Below are positions 1 through 8,552 of a stretch of 41,207 nt of DNA, piece after piece. A model generated the notes under the pieces. The model worked only from the letters and a program-made list of their open reading frames with translations. It did no database searches and was not told where the DNA came from. Each line of letters begins with the position of its first letter. The first letter of the stretch is position 1. The stretch lies in the IMG/VR virus record IMGVR_UViG_3300048856_000015, positions 1 to 41,207 of that record; one strand, written 5' to 3'. This DNA comes from a virus. Lineage: Duplodnaviria; Caudoviricetes. Made by a program: the position numbers and the translations under genes.

Positions 1-625
1 TGAAGGTGTAGGCGACCACCCACGGGTCAGCGTCCGATGAGCCGGGGCCGTTGATGCTATCCCAGAGGGTCATGTAGGATGCGGATGGCGGGTAAATCCC
101 CGCGCTTTCCCTGCCATAGTGGCGCCACTTGCACTGACCGACCGGGTCGAGGCGCGGATTATATTCAATGCCTTCCGCTATAGCGTCGTCGTCGCTGATG
201 TCCTGTAGCCGTTCCACCCGCACGTCGGTGACGGTGAGGGTCAGGCGGCTATAGCCGCGCTTGAGGAATATGCTCGGCCGCCACTTCGAGAGCTCTGGCT
301 GCACGTCGTCGGCGCGGTAGTAGACCGGAACGCGCATGTCAAAACAGGCCTGCGCCTCGTCGCCAAGGTGGGGATTGTCGCCAACTATGGCGTGGGTTTC
401 TTTCACCCACAGGCGATCTCCCTTGTAGGCAAGCAGACGGGCTATATGCCAGTCAGCGGTAACATCGTGGTCACGGGTGAAGCCGTACAGCGGCGCGTCG
501 TACCAGCAATGGCGAACTATGCCCTCGGGTGGCTGCGGTTTGATGATCCGCCGCGTCTGCGTCTTCGTGCCGGCGAGCAGGGCGCGCACCATGGCGCCGG
601 AAAAGAGTATCGGCCGGTCAGCCAT
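1..625 (-). CDS. Conserved phage protein (ASCH/PUA-like), truncated by the window edge
   Basis: Not in ORF track. Read by hand from ATG 625: MADRPILFSGAMVRALLAGTKTQTRRIIKPQP...LWDSINGPGSSDADPWVVAYTF. The PILF..MV.A.L.G.KT.TRR and W..NPWV-type motifs are typical of this phage family. Confidence 0.8.
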   Translation of the reverse strand, partial: MADRPILFSGAMVRALLAGTKTQTRRIIKPQPPEGIVRHCWYDAPLYGFTRDHDVTADWHIARLLAYKGDRLWVKETHAIVGDNPHLGDEAQACFDMRVPVYYRADDVQPELSKWRPSIFLKRGYSRLTLTVTDVRVERLQDISDDDAIAEGIEYNPRLDPVGQCKWRHYGRESAGIYPPSASYMTLWDSINGPGSSDADPWVVAYTF

Positions 626-626
626 A

Positions 627-1772
627 TCAGCCCCCCAACTCTTCGACGGTGCAGTCGAGCCATTCGGCGAACTGCGTCAGCGCCTTCTCGCGAAGGTTCG
701 GGAAGACCTTGGGGTCGGCCTTTATCTGTGCCTTGGCCGACTCGAAGAAGCCGCGAATGTGGTCGTGCAACTCCTTTGGTAGGCGTCCTTTCCAGTCCTC
801 CTTACCGGCTTCAAGTACACCGAGCTTGGTCTGCGGGTTTAGGGAGCCATCCACTGGAATGGCCATCATCTTCCGGCAGCACTCAATCAGGTCGGCGCGG
901 TCGGTCGGGAATAAGGTGGAGGAGGCCGGTTCAGATGGGGGATCGCCGGCCTCCTCTCTGGCTGACGACTGCGGGGGAACATCGTCAGCATCAGACGTGC
1001 CGGGAGGGGATGCGGCATCGTCGGATTGGGTGTTGGTCAGTATCTCGCCCGTCAGGGCGTCATGCGGCTCATCGCGGGTGAAGGATGCGTCAAAGCCTTC
1101 GCTCTCGCCGGCGGGCTGCTGCGCGGCGTTCTGCTGCGCATTGAGGCGTTCCATAAGCGTCGGTCTCGGCGTGACGTCGCGCGCATTGTCGGGACCGCGG
1201 AACTGTTCGGCTTCCTCCGGGGTGTAAACGCCGAGGATGACTTCCGGCGTGTGCCGGCGCGCCCAACTCCTGATCGAAAAGTATCCGAGCTGCTGATCGG
1301 GGTCTGCCTTCCACAGCGGGGAGTTCTTGGTCGTGATCTTGCCGATTTCCGGGCTCTCGTATTCCTTCGTCGAGCCGTCGAGCATCTCGCAGGAGACAAT
1401 GCATTTGCGGGTATCACCGGAGCCCTCGTAGCGATAGACGGGGCGTTTCGCGATCGGTGCCCGGGTGTTGACCACGGCCGCAACCAGCTGGGCCTCGTAA
1501 GCGATCAGGTCCTTGACGTTGTAGGACTTCGCAGCGACGGCGAACGGGTCCATCTCCCATCGCAGCGCCTGCATCGTGACGGCCATGCACGCGCCGTCGT
1601 TCTCGCGAAGGTGCTTCGGGATAGCATGCTGGGACCGCGACATCATCGTAGCGAATGCCACGACCTCGCCGAAGGTCTGAGGAAGCAGCATCCCGCCGCC
1701 GCCCGCCTGGGCAATGCCGATGTTCTTGTAGGAGAGACCGCCCTTCGGCTCCTGAGTGGTGACCTGGTTCAT
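627..1772 (-). CDS. recT: RecT-family ssDNA annealing protein
   Basis: MNQVTTQE start with GGAG RBS; motifs MQALRWEMDPFAVAAKSY, AYEAQLVAAVV, WKADPDQQLGY, PEVILGVYTPEE; lies downstream of a RecE-like nuclease. Confidence 0.8.
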   Translation of the reverse strand: MNQVTTQEPKGGLSYKNIGIAQAGGGGMLLPQTFGEVVAFATMMSRSQHAIPKHLRENDGACMAVTMQALRWEMDPFAVAAKSYNVKDLIAYEAQLVAAVVNTRAPIAKRPVYRYEGSGDTRKCIVSCEMLDGSTKEYESPEIGKITTKNSPLWKADPDQQLGYFSIRSWARRHTPEVILGVYTPEEAEQFRGPDNARDVTPRPTLMERLNAQQNAAQQPAGESEGFDASFTRDEPHDALTGEILTNTQSDDAASPPGTSDADDVPPQSSAREEAGDPPSEPASSTLFPTDRADLIECCRKMMAIPVDGSLNPQTKLGVLEAGKEDWKGRLPKELHDHIRGFFESAKAQIKADPKVFPNLREKALTQFAEWLDCTVEELGG

Positions 1773-1774
1773 GG

Positions 1775-2467
1775 TTATCTCCCTCCGAGATAATGGCGTG
1801 CGGTGTGCTTCTCGTCGGCTCCGAGGTCTGACTTGCTTGCGACCCAGCTGAGATAGTCCCAAGGGAGCTCGGACCACTTGGACCCCTTGTGCTTGCCGAA
1901 GGTGACGTCCCGAAGCAGGACCGGCGCCGTCGTCAGCCGGACAAGCTCATCAACGCTGGCGAGCATGAGCAGCCGGGAAAGGATCAGCGCCGTGACGTAG
2001 GTGTCGGGACCGGCGCGGTGCGGCGGCATGGCGCGTTCGACGTCTTCCATCTGTTCGTCGAGGTTGAGCCAGTAGCGCAGCACCTGGTTGGAGAAGCCGG
2101 GTGCATCCGGGAAAAGATGCTTCGCCGCCTGCATCGTGCAGATCCAGCGCCGGCCGCCGCCACCGAAGAACGCCTGCTCGAACTTGCAATTGTGAGCCGC
2201 GAAGACGTCATCCGCCTCGATCCCGATCATCAGCGTGCGCAGAGCAACGCTCGGATCAACGCAACCGGCAACGTCAGCATCGGAAATATGATGCACGGCG
2301 CGTGTCTGGGGTGGGATCGGGTGGCCTGGGTTTACGAGGAACGCCGTGGTCGACGAAAGCTGCCAATCGGCCGACAGGTCGGTGAAACCAACCTCGCAGA
2401 TCGCGCGGACCGCATCTTCTGGCATCCCGGTCGTTTCGAAATCGATTACGCGAATTTTCTGCATCAC
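1775..2467 (-). CDS. DEDDh 3'-5' exonuclease (ExoX-like) with C-terminal FGKHKG domain
   Basis: Motifs IDFETTG, AHNCKFE, HRAGPDTYVT and FGKHKGSKWSELPWDYL. Confidence 0.88.
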   Translation of the reverse strand: MMQKIRVIDFETTGMPEDAVRAICEVGFTDLSADWQLSSTTAFLVNPGHPIPPQTRAVHHISDADVAGCVDPSVALRTLMIGIEADDVFAAHNCKFEQAFFGGGGRRWICTMQAAKHLFPDAPGFSNQVLRYWLNLDEQMEDVERAMPPHRAGPDTYVTALILSRLLMLASVDELVRLTTAPVLLRDVTFGKHKGSKWSELPWDYLSWVASKSDLGADEKHTARHYLGGR

Positions 2468-3543
2468 GCGGCCTCCTGGCGCTCTTCGGTGTCGAGGAAT
2501 TTGTCGAGGCGGTCCTTGGCCCAGATCTTCATCTGGATCCGACGCTCGCCATCATTGAAGGGTCTGGCGCCGGGCCACTCGCCGGCATCAAGGCATCGGC
2601 GGATCGTGCGCAGGCACCACCGGACGGCACGCTCGCCGCGGTCGATATCGAACTCGTCGATCTCCACATGCGCTGTGTCGGGCACGTCGTCGTTGAGGAC
2701 GTAGAGCAGGGTGAAGGTCTCGAAAGGCATGCCCAGGCCACGGCACACCATGCGGGTGATTGCCGCCTGCAGGTAATAGCCGGCATCAAAGACCTGCCGC
2801 TCGAGGAAGTCCTCGTCGAACTTGCCGGCCGTCTTGAGATCGGCATAGACGCCGTCGGCATTAGGAAGCGCGTCCGGCCTGGCGCGAAGCCAGATGCCGG
2901 TCTCCGGGTCCTTCCAGAACATCGATCGCTCAATGCGGCCATTCAGGAGCCCGGCGCGGATCAGCGGGTATTTGCTGGCGTCCCGGTGGATCCGGCGGAT
3001 GCGCTCGAACTGGTCCGGCGAGATCACCGTCTGCTTTTTCTTCTCAGCTTCTTTCAGGAAGGCGATACAGTCGTTCGCGTTGGCATTCCACTTCCGCCGC
3101 TTGTCCGCCGGCAGCGCGCCGTCTTCCGGCCGGTAATCAGGCCGGACGACGAACCGATCGTCGAACACCTCGTCGCCGAGAAGCAGGCTGTGGGTCGCCT
3201 TGCCGAAGTCTAGAGCGGCCGTCGTTTCCGGTTCGATGTGATCCGGGTTCCACTTCCACCGGCCCCAGAATGCTTTCGGAGAGCCGCCGTGCGCCGGCAG
3301 CAGCCATTTCAGCGCGCTCTTGGATACCGAGGCGCCGTCGAGCAGATCGCGCTTGCCGTGGTAGTCGTCGAGGCTGATATGCGAGTAGACGCCGTTCTGG
3401 CTGATCGTCCCGCCCATGTAGATGCGCTCGCCGTTCTTGGCGGCCTCTTCGACGAACTTGGCGCCGGCCTTGGCAACGATGTTGGGCATCTGCGTTCCGA
3501 CCGGGATTTCCGGGCCGGGTCGGTCAATGATGTTCGACATCAA
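2464..3543 (-). CDS. RecE/exonuclease VIII-like PD-(D/E)XK nuclease (DUF3799-like)
   Basis: Motifs S.S.LK, ALDFGKATHSLLL, IERSMFWKDPETGIWLRARPD, ADLKT and YYLQAA. Confidence 0.85.
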   Translation of the reverse strand: MMSNIIDRPGPEIPVGTQMPNIVAKAGAKFVEEAAKNGERIYMGGTISQNGVYSHISLDDYHGKRDLLDGASVSKSALKWLLPAHGGSPKAFWGRWKWNPDHIEPETTAALDFGKATHSLLLGDEVFDDRFVVRPDYRPEDGALPADKRRKWNANANDCIAFLKEAEKKKQTVISPDQFERIRRIHRDASKYPLIRAGLLNGRIERSMFWKDPETGIWLRARPDALPNADGVYADLKTAGKFDEDFLERQVFDAGYYLQAAITRMVCRGLGMPFETFTLLYVLNDDVPDTAHVEIDEFDIDRGERAVRWCLRTIRRCLDAGEWPGARPFNDGERRIQMKIWAKDRLDKFLDTEERQEAA

Positions 3544-3713
3544 ACTCTCCTGGAGATTTCACGCTGCTCCATCTGGCGCAGCTCGATAACGGTGAGGCCG
3601 ATCGCAAGAACGGCGATGAAAACTGCGAAAACGGCGAGGAAGTCTTTGGTCTTCGGTGCGAACGCGAGGGCGTGATCCGATGAGGCTTTGGGGAAGGTGC
3701 CGAGGTCACGCAC
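3540..3713 (-). CDS. Small single-TM membrane protein (57 aa)
   Basis: Not in ORF track. GTG start with GAAGGAG RBS; MRDLGTFPKASSDHALAFAPKTKDFLAVFAVFIAVLAIGLTVIELRQMEQREISRRV; overlaps both neighbours. Confidence 0.6.
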   Translation of the reverse strand: MRDLGTFPKASSDHALAFAPKTKDFLAVFAVFIAVLAIGLTVIELRQMEQREISRRV

Positions 3714-4068
3714 AGGCCTGCTCCTTCATCTCGCGAGCAGTCTGGCCAAGCTCTACGCATGCCTTTGCCGCCAACTGAGGAAGGATGACGCGGAGGCTTT
3801 CAATTTGGGCCACCGCAGCGTCAATTTTGTCGCGATACTCAGCTTCGACGGCAGCCACGCATTCGGCTTTGATGATCTCGTTCGCACGCTTGGCATGTTC
3901 GACGAGAGCATCCGGCACCTGCTGGTTCCCATACCTGTCAAAGCCGACACGGATTGAGAGGTAATATTCCGATGCGGAAGCCTTCTTTTGCTCAAGCGTC
4001 GGGATGCTGCTGATGAGCGCATGGATTTTAGAGAGCGTGCTGGAGAGTTCTATTCGTGCCTCGCTCAT
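3706..4068 (-). CDS. Hypothetical protein
   Basis: 120-aa ORF coupled to the upstream gene by an ATGA overlap. Confidence 0.65.
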   Translation of the reverse strand: MSEARIELSSTLSKIHALISSIPTLEQKKASASEYYLSIRVGFDRYGNQQVPDALVEHAKRANEIIKAECVAAVEAEYRDKIDAAVAQIESLRVILPQLAAKACVELGQTAREMKEQACA

Positions 4069-4340
4069 TCCGCAGCCTCCCGAACCGGGGCGGCAGCCAC
4101 TTCGGCTCCCTTCACCATCTCGACCCGTCGGGACGGGAGCGGCAGATACGACGGGAACCGCCGCTTCATGAGCAGATCGAACCGGGCGTCGAACGCCTTG
4201 TCCTGGCGGTGGCGGCGGAGCTTGAAAACGATCTCCGTCATCTTCCCGGCCACGAACTCGTGCCGGGTGCGGTCCATGAGCCTGTTGTAAGCCTCGACCG
4301 CGATGTCGATGTCAGATGCGGCGCGCATGATGATCCTCAT
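4065..4340 (-). CDS. Hypothetical protein
   Basis: MRIIMRAASD start at 4340; ATGA overlaps at both ends; ends in EAAE like neighbouring phage genes. Confidence 0.65.
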   Translation of the reverse strand: MRIIMRAASDIDIAVEAYNRLMDRTRHEFVAGKMTEIVFKLRRHRQDKAFDARFDLLMKRRFPSYLPLPSRRVEMVKGAEVAAAPVREAAE

Positions 4341-4678
4341 TCGGCGGCGATGGAAAAATGGGACGGGAGCGGCTTCGGAAACGGGAAGCGGTCGAACACG
4401 CCCTTCCATTCCAGAGCCTTGCGCTGCTCGGCCGTGTAGCCGACGAGCTGGTCGCGGTAGGGTGTCGGTGCGAGCTCGTCGAACAGCGGCCCGGTGCAAC
4501 CGAGGGAAAGACCGGCCTCGCGAAGCTCATGGCAGCGGCGGATGCGATCCGTGTACCGGCGAGCCCAGCCGCTTGCGTCCGTGCCGGCCAGATGCAGCCG
4601 ACGGACTTTGAAAATCGCCTCGTCCAGATCGGAGAGGTTGATGCGCAGCGCGCCGGAGACGAGTGGGGAGGTGTTCAT
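4337..4678 (-). CDS. Hypothetical protein
   Basis: 113-aa ORF with ATGA coupling at both ends. Confidence 0.65.
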   Translation of the reverse strand: MNTSPLVSGALRINLSDLDEAIFKVRRLHLAGTDASGWARRYTDRIRRCHELREAGLSLGCTGPLFDELAPTPYRDQLVGYTAEQRKALEWKGVFDRFPFPKPLPSHFSIAAE

Positions 4679-4968
4679 TGGGCACCTGCCTTCTCATCAG
4701 CCCAATGATGCGTGGTGCCGAAGTACTTGCTGCCTTCCTTGATCGGGAACGCGCCCAAGACGCCAGAAACCTTGGATTTCGGTATTTCGACCATCAGGCG
4801 GTTATTGCCTTCGATCGAAAATCTGCGGTTCGGTATGCCGTAGGCCATGAGAGCATCGGCGTGATCCCGGGCCGACTGATCGTCCAGATATCCGAGGTCC
4901 ACGATCACCGGCTTCGGTCCCGTCCCATGTTCGGCATAGACGGTCTTGAGCATCAAACTGCGAGGCAT
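4675..4968 (-). CDS. Hypothetical protein, first gene of the PL operon
   Basis: MPRSLMLK start preceded by GGGGAAGACC; alternative start at 4980. Confidence 0.6.
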   Translation of the reverse strand: MPRSLMLKTVYAEHGTGPKPVIVDLGYLDDQSARDHADALMAYGIPNRRFSIEGNNRLMVEIPKSKVSGVLGAFPIKEGSKYFGTTHHWADEKAGAQ

Positions 4969-5070
4969 GGTCTTCCCCATCCTGAAACTTCGCGGGACGC
5001 TGAACTTGCCCGCTGGCGCCTTCGGTTTCACTGCTTCCTTGCGGGGCTCATTCCGTCGGCTGATGAGGAT

Positions 5071-5099
5071 GTTGTATCGAAAATCGAAACGAGACGCAA
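5071..5099 (-). promoter_or_regulatory. PL-like sigma70 promoter
   Basis: Minus strand TTGCGT-N17-TACAAC, overlapping operator 5074-5090. Confidence 0.7.
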
Positions 5100-5146
5100 G
5101 GGGACGGTAGCGAAAATCGATACAAATTTGTTGCGGTTTCCGATAC
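5074..5146. promoter_or_regulatory. OL: three 17-bp repressor operators
   Basis: GTATCG-AAAAT-CGAAAC (5074-5090), GTAGCG-AAAAT-CGATAC (5107-5123), GTTGCG-GTTTC-CGATAC (5130-5146). Consensus palindrome GTATCG-N5-CGATAC is shared with OR. Confidence 0.85.
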
Positions 5147-5165
5147 AGAGGTTTATGCCTCTGGC

Positions 5166-5462
5166 ATGGATCAGCAGGTAAAGTTGGAAACGGGGAAGTG
5201 GCTCCGGCGCAGAGATGCGTGGATGCGGTCACTCGTCGGCAATGAATTTGTAACTCGAAACGCGAAGCTGGTCGGCTTCCACCTGGCGCTGCGCCTGAGT
5301 GCTAAGAAGCCCTATTGCTATCCGGCGATGAAGAGCATCGGCAAAGCGCTAGGCATATCAACGCGCCACGTCGCCCGTGCTTTGAAAGAGCTTGAGGATG
5401 AGGAATGGGTGAGGGTGCGCCGGCAGCCCGGACGATCGAGTGTCTACAGCCTTGACCTATGA
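5166..5462 (+). CDS. Stand-alone winged-HTH protein resembling the N-terminal domain of phage replication initiators (HTH_36-like)
   Basis: AKLVGFHLALRL...CYPAMKSIGKALGISTRHVARALKELEDEEWV.V.R..GRSSVY pattern. Confidence 0.7.
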   Translation: MDQQVKLETGKWLRRRDAWMRSLVGNEFVTRNAKLVGFHLALRLSAKKPYCYPAMKSIGKALGISTRHVARALKELEDEEWVRVRRQPGRSSVYSLDL

Positions 5463-5529
5463 CATGGCTGTCATACCCACCTATGACACCGCTGTCATAC
5501 GAGATACGGAAAGGCTGAGATACGGAAAG
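5458..5529. repeat. Iteron-like repeats
   Basis: Palindromic TATGACA-N4-TGTCATA twice (5458-5475, 5482-5499), then GAGATACGGAAAG twice (5501-5513, 5517-5529). Confidence 0.75.
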
Positions 5530-5583
5530 AGTCTATCTTTCCTTTGTTCTTGCTCTGAGAGGAGTAATTGGAAGGGTGGAGGC

Positions 5584-6000
5584 TCAGGGATTCCCGACTG
5601 TCAAACCGGCTAACCTGAATAGCTCAGGCCAACGCAAAACAATCGCAAGAAGTCCCCCGACAACGACCAAGAATTGCCAGAACCCAAGGGTTCCCTTCAT
5701 CTGGCCTGCTAGATCTGAAATTTTCGGCGCTAAATCGCTTCTAACCGCTTCTATGTCGGACTTCATCGCCACTGCGGACAACCGTCCCTTCACCTCGGAG
5801 CTGTCGATCAACAGTTTCTTGAGGTCGGACTTGATTTCCTTCATGTCCTCTTCGAGACGTTTTACGCGTTCTTCCATGGTATCAAATGTGCCACCTCCGC
5901 CGCCGCCGATCAAGCGGTCGCCGCTCTCTTCTGCGCGCTTAGAAAGAGCATTCAGTCGCTCCATAAGTTCAGTGCTGATATTACTGTCGGGAGTCATCAC
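5584..6000 (-). CDS. Coiled-coil protein with C-terminal transmembrane helix
   Basis: GGGGGGTFDTMEERVKRLEEDMKEIKSD coiled coil plus FWQFLVVVGGLLAIVL; lower GC; start codon uncertain. Confidence 0.7.
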   Translation of the reverse strand: MMTPDSNISTELMERLNALSKRAEESGDRLIGGGGGGTFDTMEERVKRLEEDMKEIKSDLKKLLIDSSEVKGRLSAVAMKSDIEAVRSDLAPKISDLAGQMKGTLGFWQFLVVVGGLLAIVLRWPELFRLAGLTVGNP

Positions 6001-6238
6001 GATGATCCCCGGCCCCAGTTCTTATATCCCCGATAACTTTGATAAGAATTTCACTCGATGTTCTAATCGACGCTGTCATCTTTAGGAGATCTTCTTTTGG
6101 GAGGCTGACATTTCTAGCCATCACCTCTGTCATGGTTAGCTGAGTATTGATGATGCTCTGCGATAACTCTACCACCTTGGTCAGTGCACTCAGTATTTGT
6201 AGATCGGTTAGCTTGTTGTTCGTAAGATCATCGCTCAA
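5981..6238 (-). CDS. Hypothetical protein in the cI operon
   Basis: TTG start with GGAGGG RBS; AT-rich codons. Confidence 0.6.
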   Translation of the reverse strand: MSDDLTNNKLTDLQILSALTKVVELSQSIINTQLTMTEVMARNVSLPKEDLLKMTASIRTSSEILIKVIGDIRTGAGDHRDDSRQ

Positions 6239-6253
6239 CGCGTAGTCCCTCCG

Positions 6254-6592
6254 CTAACGCTGGCCGAAAACAAAACGGCGCGTCTCGCCGGACGAAAGCT
6301 GCATAGTGCCTTCACCAGCGATCACGTTTGCCGGCGGCCTGGTCATCGTGACAGTGCCCGTCTTACCGTCGGTGCATGTAACCGGGAAGACGACCGTTAA
6401 GTTCGCCCAGGATGGAAACGATCCAGAGCAAGTCACGCCGCGGTCCGAGATCGAGAACTTTCCGTCGTTGAAGCTGACTGGGCCGCCGGTAAGGGTGCCT
6501 GTGCCGCGCTCACCGGTGGCGTCGACATATCGAACACCGATGCTGTTGCAGCCGGCCAAAGCCAAGAGCGCCAGGAGCGTGACGATCCTCAT
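6254..6592 (-). CDS. Lipoprotein translationally coupled to cI
   Basis: Lipobox MRIVTLLALLALAG-C; ATGA overlap with the cI stop codon. Confidence 0.8.
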   Translation of the reverse strand: MRIVTLLALLALAGCNSIGVRYVDATGERGTGTLTGGPVSFNDGKFSISDRGVTCSGSFPSWANLTVVFPVTCTDGKTGTVTMTRPPANVIAGEGTMQLSSGETRRFVFGQR

Positions 6593-7230
6593 GCCAGTCT
6601 CAAGCTCCCTTGTAGGCCACCGGATCGCTCTACCTTCTTGAGTTGCGTCCTTGGCATCACAGCGAAAATCTCACCAATCCAATCCAAGGCGATGTTTTCG
6701 ATCGGTGCGGCGTTGAAGGACATCAGCGTCACCGGTGAACCTTTCATGATCGTCTTCAGGAATCGCCGACCGTCCGTCGTGCGGACCGCGGCATCTTCGC
6801 CGTAAAATGAGGTCACCGGTTTTTTCTGATCCCGATAAACGATCACGACATGCCCGTCCTTGTAGACGGGGAGCATCGAATCCCCGCGCACCTCAAAAGC
6901 GATCATGTCACCAGGTAACGGGAAGGGTACGTGAATCTGGTCGAGCCCTTCAGGTGGCACCTGCTCGAATTCCGGCATGATCTCAGCGCCAGCGCCTATA
7001 TAACCGACGAGCGGAACCGATGCCTCGGCTACGATGCCGGCCGGGATCGGGTATCCAGTAGCCCGCGAGATATCGAACATCTCGTCGGCCTTTAGGTCAC
7101 GATCTCCCTTCACGATCTTGTTCAAGATCGACCGGTTATCTGACCACTTGAAATTTTCTGCTAGCTCGCGAGCCAGGTCGGCTTGGCTCATCCCAGAGTA
7201 CTGCAGCGCTGAAATTACCCAATCTTTCAT
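6589..7230 (-). CDS. cI: CI-like repressor (XRE HTH plus S24 peptidase)
   Basis: N-terminal HTH (MSQADLARELA...ILNKIVKGDRDL); S24 motif FEVRGDSMLP and FLK lysine; divergent from cro across the operators. Confidence 0.92.
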   Translation of the reverse strand: MKDWVISALQYSGMSQADLARELAENFKWSDNRSILNKIVKGDRDLKADEMFDISRATGYPIPAGIVAEASVPLVGYIGAGAEIMPEFEQVPPEGLDQIHVPFPLPGDMIAFEVRGDSMLPVYKDGHVVIVYRDQKKPVTSFYGEDAAVRTTDGRRFLKTIMKGSPVTLMSFNAAPIENIALDWIGEIFAVMPRTQLKKVERSGGLQGSLRLA

Positions 7231-7237
7231 GGGCTTG

Positions 7238-7266
7238 AATGTAGCGATAATCGAAACTCAAGTCTG
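7238..7266 (-). promoter_or_regulatory. PRM-like promoter for a leaderless cI mRNA
   Basis: Minus strand CAGACT-N17-TACATT; 7 nt separate the -10 box from the cI ATG; no SD. Confidence 0.5.
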
Positions 7267-7315
7267 TTTCTGTTATCGATACAATCCTCTTGCATGTAGT
7301 ATCGAAAATCGATAC
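7241..7315. promoter_or_regulatory. OR: three 17-bp repressor operators
   Basis: GTAGCG-ATAAT-CGAAAC (7241-7257), GTTTCT-GTTAT-CGATAC (7266-7282), perfect GTATCG-AAAAT-CGATAC (7299-7315). Confidence 0.85.
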
Positions 7316-7318
7316 AAA
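7290..7318 (+). promoter_or_regulatory. PR-like promoter
   Basis: TTGCAT-N17-TACAAA enclosing the perfect operator; mirrors the PL layout. Confidence 0.65.
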
Positions 7319-7323
7319 AGGCT

Positions 7324-7557
7324 ATGGAACCTGCAAAGCACATCATCTACGCCCTCGGTGGCCCATCGGAAGTGTCCCGGATCACCGGGGCGCATCGCAC
7401 CAGAGTTTCCAACTGGATGCGCCGCAAGGAAGACGGCGGCACTGGAGGGGTTATCCCGTTCAAGTACGCGCCTGCTTTGCTGGCCGCTGCCAAAGAGCGC
7501 GAAGTCGAGCTATCGGCAGACGATTTCCTCCCGAAGGTTGCGGAGGCTGCCGAATGA
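7324..7557 (+). CDS. cro: Cro-like repressor
   Basis: IIYALGGPSEVSRITGAHRTRVSNW...GGTGGVIP; divergent from cI. Confidence 0.85.
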   Translation: MEPAKHIIYALGGPSEVSRITGAHRTRVSNWMRRKEDGGTGGVIPFKYAPALLAAAKEREVELSADDFLPKVAEAAE

Positions 7558-7886
7558 GGAAGCTCCCGCCAAATGACAAGGTCTTCGAGCTTCGTGCCGG
7601 TGGTATGACCGTCAAGGAGATCGCCGAGCGGTACGACGTGGTTGTCGACATGGTCTACAACGCCATCCGCCGCCACAAGGGCAATCCGACGCACGCGGAT
7701 CAGCTCAAGGCGCCGAACGTCGATAGCCGCTTCACGCGAGCCAACTCGCAAGCGGTCGAGCACCGGGACACCGGCGACAACGTCGGCTTTCTCCAGCCTG
7801 TCAGCGTCTACAAGGTTCAGCGCACCAGCCTCCGAGAATGCGGCGATCTGCTGCGCGAGTGGGGTGTGGGGAGGGGCTTCGCATGA
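7554..7886 (+). CDS. HTH DNA-binding protein
   Basis: MRKLPPND start by ATGA overlap; LRAGGMTVKEIAERYDVVVDMVYNAIRR HTH. Confidence 0.7.
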   Translation: MRKLPPNDKVFELRAGGMTVKEIAERYDVVVDMVYNAIRRHKGNPTHADQLKAPNVDSRFTRANSQAVEHRDTGDNVGFLQPVSVYKVQRTSLRECGDLLREWGVGRGFA

Positions 7887-8134
7887 GCTGGAACCACGAC
7901 ATCACCTCTGCCCCACGCGACCGAAAGGTCTGGCTTGCATCTGAATGCGGGAAGGTCATCCCGACAACCTGGGACAAGAAGCGCGAGCAGTGGGCCGGCT
8001 TCGCGACGAACGGCAAGCCGCCTCTGGCCTGGCAGCCGTACATCGTGCCTGAGCATCCCGGCAACTCGGTCATCGTTCACCGGCATACCGAGATCAACCT
8101 CACACCATTCGATGATGTCGGAGGCTCCGTATGA
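7883..8134 (+). CDS. DUF551-like phage protein
   Basis: W.DITSAPRDRKV...PLAWQP pattern; ATGA coupling. Confidence 0.65.
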   Translation: MSWNHDITSAPRDRKVWLASECGKVIPTTWDKKREQWAGFATNGKPPLAWQPYIVPEHPGNSVIVHRHTEINLTPFDDVGGSV

Positions 8135-8241
8135 CCCCGATCCTCTCACCAAATTCCATAGACGCGGCGGCACAGCGGGCGATCGAGCATCGCACCGGCC
8201 ATGACCGCAAGCAGGTTTCCAGACCGGGGAGGTTGGCATGA
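8131..8241 (+). CDS. Small hypothetical peptide (36 aa)
   Basis: Not in ORF track. [36 protein letters not shown]; GGAGG RBS; ATGA overlaps at both ends. Confidence 0.45.
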   Translation: MTPILSPNSIDAAAQRAIEHRTGHDRKQVSRPGRLA

Positions 8242-8552
8242 ATGGCATCCATCTGGGTCAGAAGGTCGTGGTTGCGGTCCCTTATAGCGAAGCCGCTCAC
8301 TTCTCTGCATTTCTGAACGGCGACGTTCTTCCGGTTCCTGATGTTGTCTACACGGTGAGCGACATGGAGCTTCCGGACCAAAACGGGCTGGTATTCATTC
8401 GCCTGGCCGAGATCTCCAATCCTGTCCCGGATGGGATGGAGCGTGAGGCGGCATTCAATTCCGCGCGGTTTCGACCCGTCGTCGAGCGCAAGACCGATAT
8501 CAGCCAGTTCAAGGCAATGCTCACGCCCTCGAAGCAGGCGGTGCCGGCATGA
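8238..8552 (+). CDS. Hypothetical phage protein
   Basis: GGAGG RBS; VYTV...IRLAEISNP...FNSARFRP...TDIS.F motif. Confidence 0.7.
   Translation: MNGIHLGQKVVVAVPYSEAAHFSAFLNGDVLPVPDVVYTVSDMELPDQNGLVFIRLAEISNPVPDGMEREAAFNSARFRPVVERKTDISQFKAMLTPSKQAVPA

Noticed and set aside
5054-5110. Hammerhead-like CTGATGA...GAAA core
   Set aside because: Stems I and III cannot be formed convincingly. The GAAA belongs to operator OL, and the transcribed strand is the opposite one.
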